From contig NC_043022.1 of the NCBI RefSeq assembly GCF_006345805.1, positions 23,002,001-23,066,000 of the forward strand: a DNA stretch of 64,000 nt, given 5' to 3'. Below the pieces are notes generated by a model. It was given only the letters and a program-made list of their open reading frames with translations, ran no database searches and was not told where the DNA came from. This document shows positions 55,810 through 64,000 of the stretch, piece after piece (the first letter of the stretch is position 1; every line of letters begins with the position of its first letter). The translations under genes and the position numbers were made by a program. This stretch comes from Octopus sinensis (Eukaryota).

Positions 55810-56255
55810 TCTTGAAGACTGCTGAAAATTTAATACAGATAGGCGCAAACATGACTGTGTGTTAAGAAGCTTGCTTCCTGATCACATGGTTCTGGGCTCA
55901 GTCCCATTGCATGGTACCTTAGACATGTGTCTTCTACTATAGCCTCAATTGAATCAAAGCCTTGTGAGTGAATTTGGTAGGTGGAAACTGAAATAAACCC
56001 ATTTTGTTTATGTATATATACATATATATATACATATATACATATGTATATATTTATGTATATATTTATGTATATAGTTTCCACCTACCAAATCCACTCA
56101 CAATGCTTTGATTCAATTGAGGCTATAGTAGAAGACACATGTCTAAGGTACCATGCAATGGGACTGAACCCAGAACCATGTGATCAGGAAGCAAGCTTCT
56201 TAACACATAGTCATGTTTGCGCCTATGTGTATTAAATTTTCAGCAGTCTTCAAGA
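55810..56255. repeat. Near-perfect 180-bp inverted duplication (SINE head plus unique flank)
   Basis: 55810-55989 is the reverse complement of 56076-56255, with an 86-bp spacer. Confidence 0.92.
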
Positions 56256-57384
56256 CTATTGAAAAGTAAAATTTAAAATTTTATTGAAGCATACTATCTA
56301 AACCCAACAAGTTTTCTTGTTTCAGTTTTAAATGATAGCCAAAACTACACCATATGTAATGTCTTATCATCGTGATCACCGTAACCAACCAGGCTATCAG
56401 ATGTTGCTACACATCGCTGGTCACAATGCGCTTTGCATTGTTTTAGCCTTCAAATGACACCACCCCACTGGCTAAGCAAGCAGGCAAACAGAAGAAAGAG
56501 TGAGAGAAAGTTGTGGCGAAAGAGTACAGCAGGGATCGCCACCACCCCCTGCCGGAGCCTCGTAGAGCTTTAGGTGTTTTCAGTCAATAAACACTCACAA
56601 CACCCGATCTGGGAATCGAAACCGCGATCCTACAACCGCTAGTCCGTTGCCCGAACCACTGGGCATTATATAAGACATTGGTAATGTCTTATATAAAAGA
56701 AAATTTATTAGTAACATTATCAGTACCACATATTTAACATATGTGCATTGTTTAATACCAGAAACTGCAGTTTTTCATCTGGGAACAATCACTTTAACCT
56801 TTTAGCATTCAGATTACTTTGTCAAATGTAAGTCGTATCTATTCATATGGTTTTGAATAAATCATGCATTATTTCTTAACTTCAAGATTTTAATGACGTA
56901 GTTGTTCATTTTTAGAATGACATTTTTGAGTAGGTGTAAGAGGATGAATATGGCCAGGTTGAACATATATGTTTCTTTATTACCCACAAGGGGCTAAACA
57001 TAGAGGGGACAAACAAGGACAGACAAATGAATTAAGTCGATTATATCAACCCCAGTGCGTAAATGGTACTTAATTTATCGACCCTGAAAGGATGAAAGGC
57101 AAAGTCGACCTCAGCAGAATTTGAACTCAGAATGTAACGGCAGACGAAATACGGCTACGCATTTCGCCCGGCGTGCTAACAGTTGTGAGCTGGATATGAC
57201 CAGTTTAAATACTAAAAAGTTAAAGATGTATAGTGCTAAAAAACCTTGATATACTTTGGAACAAGGCAACACAAAATTGCCCCAGATGTGATCCTTCATT
57301 TCACCAAGAATACTCTCATTTATAACACAAAACATCTTTAAAAGGAGAGTATTGTGGTTCGCTTGAAGCATTGTGTAATGTTTG

Positions 57385-57915
57385 TAAAGAATAAAAAGTT
57401 TTGAATGGTACAACAATACACTATAATACAGACAATGGGCTTTATACCTGTTGTAGAAGGCAGCGAGCTGACAGAAATGTTAGCGCGCTGGGCGAAATGC
57501 TTAGCAGTATTTCGTCTGCCCTTACGTTCTAAGTTCAAATTCCGACTTTGCCTTTCATCCTTTCGGGGTCGATAAATAAAGTACCAGTTTTGCACTGGGG
57601 TCAATATAATCGACTTAATCCCTTTGTCTGTCCTTGTTTGTCCTCTCTATGTTTAGCCCCTTGTGGGCAATAAAGAAATATTTAGTCATCCATAGTCTGA
57701 TATGATATTTCGGAATAAAATTCCTTCTTCAGATATTCTTAGATGGAGTCGCTGCTAAACCGATTATAGCAGCGACTCCATCTAAGGATATCCGAAGAAG
57801 GAATATTATTCCGAAATATCATATCAGACTATGGATGACTAAATTACAACAGGTATATAGTCCATTCTCTGTATTATAGTGCATTGTTGTACCATTCAAA
57901 ACTTTTTATTCTTTA
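57385..57915. mobile_element. Palindromic Penelope-type element with hammerhead folds; left arm interrupted by a SINE
   Basis: 57681-57757 pairs with 57767-57843 around a short loop; 57385-57455 pairs with 57844-57915. Confidence 0.78.
57699..57738 (-). ncRNA. Minimal hammerhead ribozyme motif
   Basis: atat-CTGAAGA-a-ggaat(ttt)attcc-GAAA-ta-TC-atat. Confidence 0.6.
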
Positions 57916-59488
57916 GCTTTAAAGGGATTTTTCCCTGAACAAAAATCACAGCTTCTGGCATTTAAATAACACACAAACACTAAGTATGTTGTATAGGTAA
58001 TGTTTACACAGTAGAGTTGCTTTTAATGCACAATCTCAATATGATCAATAAAATTGTCAATAGAATTACTCTTTTTTATTATTTAAAATAAAAATGAATT
58101 CTAAAAAAAAAAACTATCAAAAATTGTTGCTTTATCTAAATCAACAAGGTTTAATTGATCGTCATTAGAAAAATAGCATAGGTATTTTTTCACAACTTGA
58201 CCTAAATTTCATATGTGTGTGTGTGTTTTGCTTGTTTCAGTCATTAGATTGTGGCCATGCTGGGGCACTACCATGAAGAAGTTTTAGTTGAATGAGTCAA
58301 CCCCAGTACTTCTTGTTTTCCCAAGTCTGGTACTTATTCTATTGCTCTCTTTGGCTGAACTGCTAAGTTACAAGGACACAGACACATCAGCACTGATTGT
58401 CAAGCAGTGGTGGGACACACACGCACACACACACACACAACAGGCATCTTTCGGTTTCCATCTACCAAATCCACTGACAAGGCTTTAGTTGGCCCAAGGC
58501 TATGGTAGAAGATACATTTGCCCAAGGTGTCACACATGGGGACTAAACCCAGAATTATGTGCCAGAAATATTAGAAAAATCTCAATGTTTCTGAAATATC
58601 CTAATGTTGAAAATTGTTATATGCAGCTATGGAAACTAGAAAATGCAGGTAGCACATAAAAAACACCTTTTGAGCGTGGTCGTTGCCAGAACCACCTGAC
58701 TGGCCCTCATGCCAGTGGCACATAAAAGCACCCACTACACTCTCGGAGTGGTTGGCATTAGGAAGGGCATCTAGCTGCAGAAACTTTGCCAGATCAGACT
58801 GAGCCTAGTGCAGCCTCTGGCTCACCAGTCCTCAGTCAAACTGTCCAACCCATGCCAGCATAGAAAGCGGACGTTAAATGTCGACGACGATGATGATGAT
58901 GCTTCACTCATGAGAGCAATACTGCGTCATTAAGAATAATATAAAATATTTCTACAAGTGTGTGTGTGCTTACATGTATATGGATATACTTATGTGTGTA
59001 TATATATATTGTATTTGTGTGTGGGTGCCTACAGGAATAAAAGCACAGAGAAACATGGGAAAAGAGGAAGACAGAGAGAGAGAGAGAGAGTAGACAGCAA
59101 ACTCCGTGCTTAAGATAGTATGTAAATAAAAATGATGGCCAAGAAGGGGATGGTACAAGGTGGTAGGTTAGGAGATTAGGGCCAGGATTGAGAGGGTGGT
59201 TATGGATGTGGGAGAGGGCTGATTTTTTTAATCCTTCATTTTGTTGAAATTTGGGTGGAGTAGATTTAGAATTGGCAAACGAAGAGACCAATGAGAGTCG
59301 GATTGGTAAAGACAATTGGCAGAGAAATATTAACCGTTGTATTGTTATGTGGAACAGAAGAAGAAAAGACTTCATTCAACAAAAGACTGGCAGGAAAGGA
59401 GTGATTTACACACACACACACACACACATCTATATATCTATATATATGTATACATCATCATCGTCATGTTAGCGTGGGTGGGACTTAA

Positions 59489-59523
<35 letters not shown>

Positions 59524-59634
59524 CACACACATATATATTATATATATATATATATATTACATATATACGTATATATATATATATATATATATTATATACA
59601 CATACATATATAATACATACATACATATATACAT

Positions 59635-59670
<36 letters not shown>

Positions 59671-62600
59671 TTGTTTCAGCCATTAGACTGTGCCATGCTG
59701 GAGCACCAACTTGAAGAACCTTTAGCCAAATGAATTGTTCCCAGCACTTATTTTTTGTTTTATAAGCCTGGTACTTATTCTATCAGACACTTTTTGTTAA
59801 ATTGCTAAGTTATGGGGACATGAACAAACCAACACTGGTTGTCAAGCAGTGGTTAGGGACAGGGCTTCTTTCAGTTTCCTTCCACCAGATCCACTCACAA
59901 GGTTTTTTAGTCAGCCCAAGGCTATATTAGAAGACACTTGCCTAAGGTGTCACACAGTGGGACTGAATCTGAGCCATGTATTTGGGAAGCAAGCTTCTTA
60001 CCACACAGCTAAGCCAACATCTACATATATGTGACTGTGTGGTAAGAAGCTAGCTTCCCAACCACATGGTTCTGGGTTCAGTCCCACTGCATCGCACCTT
60101 AGTCTTCTACTATAGCCTTGGGCTAACCAAAGCCTTTTGAGTGGGTTTCATACATAGAAACTGAAAGAAGCCCATCATATTTATGTGTGTGTTTGTGTGG
60201 GCGTGTGTGTGTGTGTGTGTTTGTCTCTCTTCCATCGCTTGACAACCAATACTAATGTGTTTATGTCCCTGTAACTTAGTGGTTCAGCAAATGTGACAGA
60301 TAGAATAAGCACTAGACTTATAGAGAATAAGACCCCGGTCGAACCGTCCACCCCATGCTAGCATGGAAAACGGACGTTAAACGATGGTGATGATGATGAT
60401 GATATATATATGTGAGTGTGCGTGTGTGTGTTATAATTTAGAACAAATGGTAAAAGGTTGTCATTATAGTACTCAGAGTTTCAAATGTCAGTGTGAAGGG
60501 CTATGATACATTATCATCAGCTATTAATGGCAACAGACGCTATGAAAAAAAAAAACCATTGAATAAAGGGCAAGTTACTCTAATAGGTAGAAAAAGATAA
60601 AAAATGCATGCAACCATATTCTCACAATACACGTGTGAGAGGGTAGATGGAGTTTCTAAAAGGAAAAAGACACTCTGCTTCAAGTTCACCTTTGTCAAGT
60701 AACTTAAAGACGTAAAATACATAGGCTCAACCCAAAAACCCGTTAAATGGGTTGATAAGTAAACCAAACAGTCTTAATGAATAGAGCAATATATTCACTC
60801 AGAACAATACACAATATGATGTCAGAAATGTTGTCTACACAATATATATGGATTTATTCCAGTGAGACAGCTGTGTGTCAATGGAATTTAAACAATCCTT
60901 TATCAATATATTATTTTCTTCTTCTTCTTTTGTCAACTTGCACCAAGATACATAATGTCTTTCAAAGTGGCTAGCTGGTAGAATCATTAGCATGCCAGGC
61001 AAAATGCTTAATGGCATTTCATCCGAGTTTACATTCTGGATTCAAATTCCATTGAGGTCAACTTTGGCATTCATCCTACCGGGGGGGGGGGGGCGGAGGG
61101 GAGGGCGATGTAATTGACCGACTCCTTCCCACAAAACTGCGCAGGCATATAGCTTAGTGGTTAGGGTGTTGCACTCATGATTGTAAGATTGTGGTTTCAA
61201 TTGCTGAACCAGGTGATGCATTGTGTTTGTGAACAAAACCCTTCATTTCATATTGTTCCAGTCCACTCAAGTGGTATAAAATGAGTAATCCTGTGATGGA
61301 CCAGGATTACTCAGGAAACTGGCCCTATTCTCCTCACAGAGTAATGTGGACTAACCATATAACTTTTCTACTCTAGGTACATGGCCCGAAATTATGGGGA
61401 GGGGGCCAGTCAATTAGATTGCCCCCAGTATGCAACTGGTAATTAATTTGTCAATCCCAAAAGGACAAAAGGCAAAGTCGACCTCGGTGGAATTTGAACC
61501 TAGAATGTAAAGACAGTGAGCTGGTGTCCTGTTCAGGTGGCGAATTTTTACATTATGAAACCGCAAAAACCAGCAACTATGAGTTGATATGACTAGAGAG
61601 GGTAACTTTACCTCCCCCAACATTGCTGGCCTTGTGCTAAAAATTTGAAACCAATATTTAGAATCACTAAGGCAACGAGCTGTGGAGGCACAATGGCCCA
61701 GTGGTTAGGGCAGCGGACTCGCAGTCGGAAGATCACGGTTTCGATTCTCAGATTTAGCGAAAACACCTAAAAGCTCCACGAGGCTCGCCGCCTTCAGATC
61801 AATAAATTAAGTACCAGTTGAGCACTAGGAGCAATATAACTGGCTAGACTCCTCCTTGAAGATTGCAAGCCTTATGTCTATAGTAGAAAGAATTTTAGTG
61901 GAGCTTCATATTTTAACTGTTACAAGAAACAAGATCAGCAGGATTCCACAGGAGGATGCTTTCCAGGACTCTGTTAATGGAAACAACACAGGTTTGAGAT
62001 ATGGTATTCAGGTTATGTGTGGATAATACAAGATTTGGGAAGATGATTGACAATGCTGCTGCCTTCTTCTTCTTCTTCTTCCAATCAGGACTCACGCCAT
62101 TAACCACAGAGAATAATCTCTCATTTGAGCCTACTCTAAGCTACTAAGAATGCGTGTGGCAATTTGAAGATCCACCCACCACACGCGATAGACTGGCGGT
62201 TGCACGGGTGCGAAAGCTACATTGTTATCCCCATTCCGTAAACGGTGGCTTTTAACAGGTGGAGAGCAGAACCATCCTGGGGTACAGAGGATTAGCAATC
62301 TAGACTAGGGTCTGAAAGTTTACCACACCATAGTGGGTTACACCATGGTTCCTCTGCTTTGTGGCAGAAGTAGGAAGAAAGAGTGAGAGAAAGTTGTGGT
62401 GAAAGAGTACAGCGATGTTCTCCACCCCTCCCCACCGGAGCCTCGTGGAGCTTAGGTGTTTTTGCTCAATAAACACTCACAATGCCCGGTCTGGGAATCG
62501 AAAGTGCATTCTTACGACTGCAAGTCTGCTACCCTAACCACTGGGCCATTGCGCCTCCAGTCAATGCTGCTGTTGCTGTTGTTGTTGTTGTTCAGCTTAA

Positions 62601-63102
62601 AGTCAGCCTTCATCAATCACACTTATGATAAAAGACATTCCAGATGTGACATTCTTTTAATTAAACAAAGCACTCAGGATCCGATCACACTATAGAGTGA
62701 TTTGAAGAAGTTTTGACTGCTATTTCTAGCAAGTACAGTGACAAGGTAGAAGCACTTTTTTGGGCTCCCAATGATGTTGTTAATACAACTATTGTTGATA
62801 ATGCCAGAACTGCTCTCATTAACCCATGTTCAAGCAAGGTCACATGACTAACACAACCTCACTCATTGGTTACTGGATCAGCTTGTCATGTAACTAACAC
62901 AAGGGATACCTTTTTGGCGGATTCCTTAGCTAGTACTTGAAAGTTTCTATTTTCTAGGTGACCTAATTGGAAGTTGAGGAAAGTGTTATGAATGCATTGT
63001 AGCCAGAGTAAGAACAAGGGTGACAAAAAAAAAAAAGGGTTCATTCTCTTTCTTAATGCAGGGTAAATTGTATGAAAACTAGAGATAATTTAATAATTAT
63101 AG

Positions 63103-63516
63103 GGATCTTTTTGGTTTGAACGGCATTTTTTTCTAGCGGTGCCATATGAAATTGTCACCCATAATTATGACCCTAGTATCGATCTATTGCATTTCAATCT
63201 GGGTTAGGGTTAGGGGTGGGGATGGGGGGAAGGGTATCTTTTTTTCATCACAAATGTAAATAAACCCAATCTGTTTCTTAAACAAGGGACATATTCATAC
63301 GGCACAGAATGTTATTTACCTCAATGGACGTCATTGAATAGTTGAAATTGCAGAAATTGAAGAAAAAAAACAAATATCTTACAAACTATAGAATTTTCTC
63401 AATAAAGTCAAGAGAAAAAGATGTTTTATAAACACATTCTACCAGTATACGAAGTTTAAAATTTTTTAGTTACCTAGAAATTATGTTAAAAACTGCCGTT
63501 CAAACCGAAAAGATCC
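63103..63516. mobile_element. Merlin-like MITE copy, opposite orientation to the 31720 copy
   Basis: TIRs ggatcttttt.gtttgaacggca / tgccgttcaaaccgaaaagatcc; TSD aattatag. Confidence 0.82.
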
Positions 63517-64000
63517 AATTATAGATATAACATGTATGTATATGATACATATATAATACAAAACCACATTAAAATACAAATCCAAAACTGAAGAAAACAC
63601 GAACAGAAGCAAAGAAAGAAAAAAGAAGATGAAAGAAAGAAAAAAAAACATGAATTCAACACCAAGTGCTTCAATTGGTCACATACCATATGGTTCATTG
63701 AAACCTACTGAAGCAAGGCAACACACACGCAGTATTATCACAAGCAATGGTGAAGCTAAGGCATTGGAACAGCCAAGCACCCTCACGGATATTGCCTGGC
63801 ACATAAGCTGGGTGAGCTGCCAATGACTGTATGATGTTTGTGCGTGAAGTACAGTTGCAAGGTAGTAAAACAAGGTCATTAACCCTTTAGTATTTAGTAA
63901 CAATAAATGTCGTCCTTTTCAAGCCTAGCTAGGCTCATGGGCCCAGTTTCCCGGTTTCTGTGTATATATGCCCCCCCCCCCAGCTGGATGGGACGCTAGT

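Overview
AT-rich, repeat-dense animal DNA. The SINE families, (TA)n/(CA)n microsatellites and gene structure point to an octopus genome; this is an inference. I can reconstruct one protein-coding gene: a minus-strand hillarin/KY-family protein (coiled coil, transglutaminase-like domain, C-terminal KY-type repeats). It has at least 7 GT-AG coding exons with compatible phases between 40915 and 28763, about 770 aa, and its 5' end is unresolved. All three catalytic-triad residues appear lost. The rest is interspersed repeats: four SINE families, RTE and CR1-like LINE fragments, hAT and mariner transposase relics, Merlin-, piggyBac- and Tc2/pogo-type MITEs, and simple repeats. The most interesting non-annotated signal is a set of short Penelope-type elements carrying minimal hammerhead-ribozyme folds. 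Two are long palindromes, and one sits just past the gene's putative poly(A) signal. Also noted: a tandem pair of three-way-junction RNA-like motifs at ~10.6 kb inside a possible spliced non-coding transcript, and several local fold-back duplications. Most ORFs in the supplied track are microsatellite artefacts.
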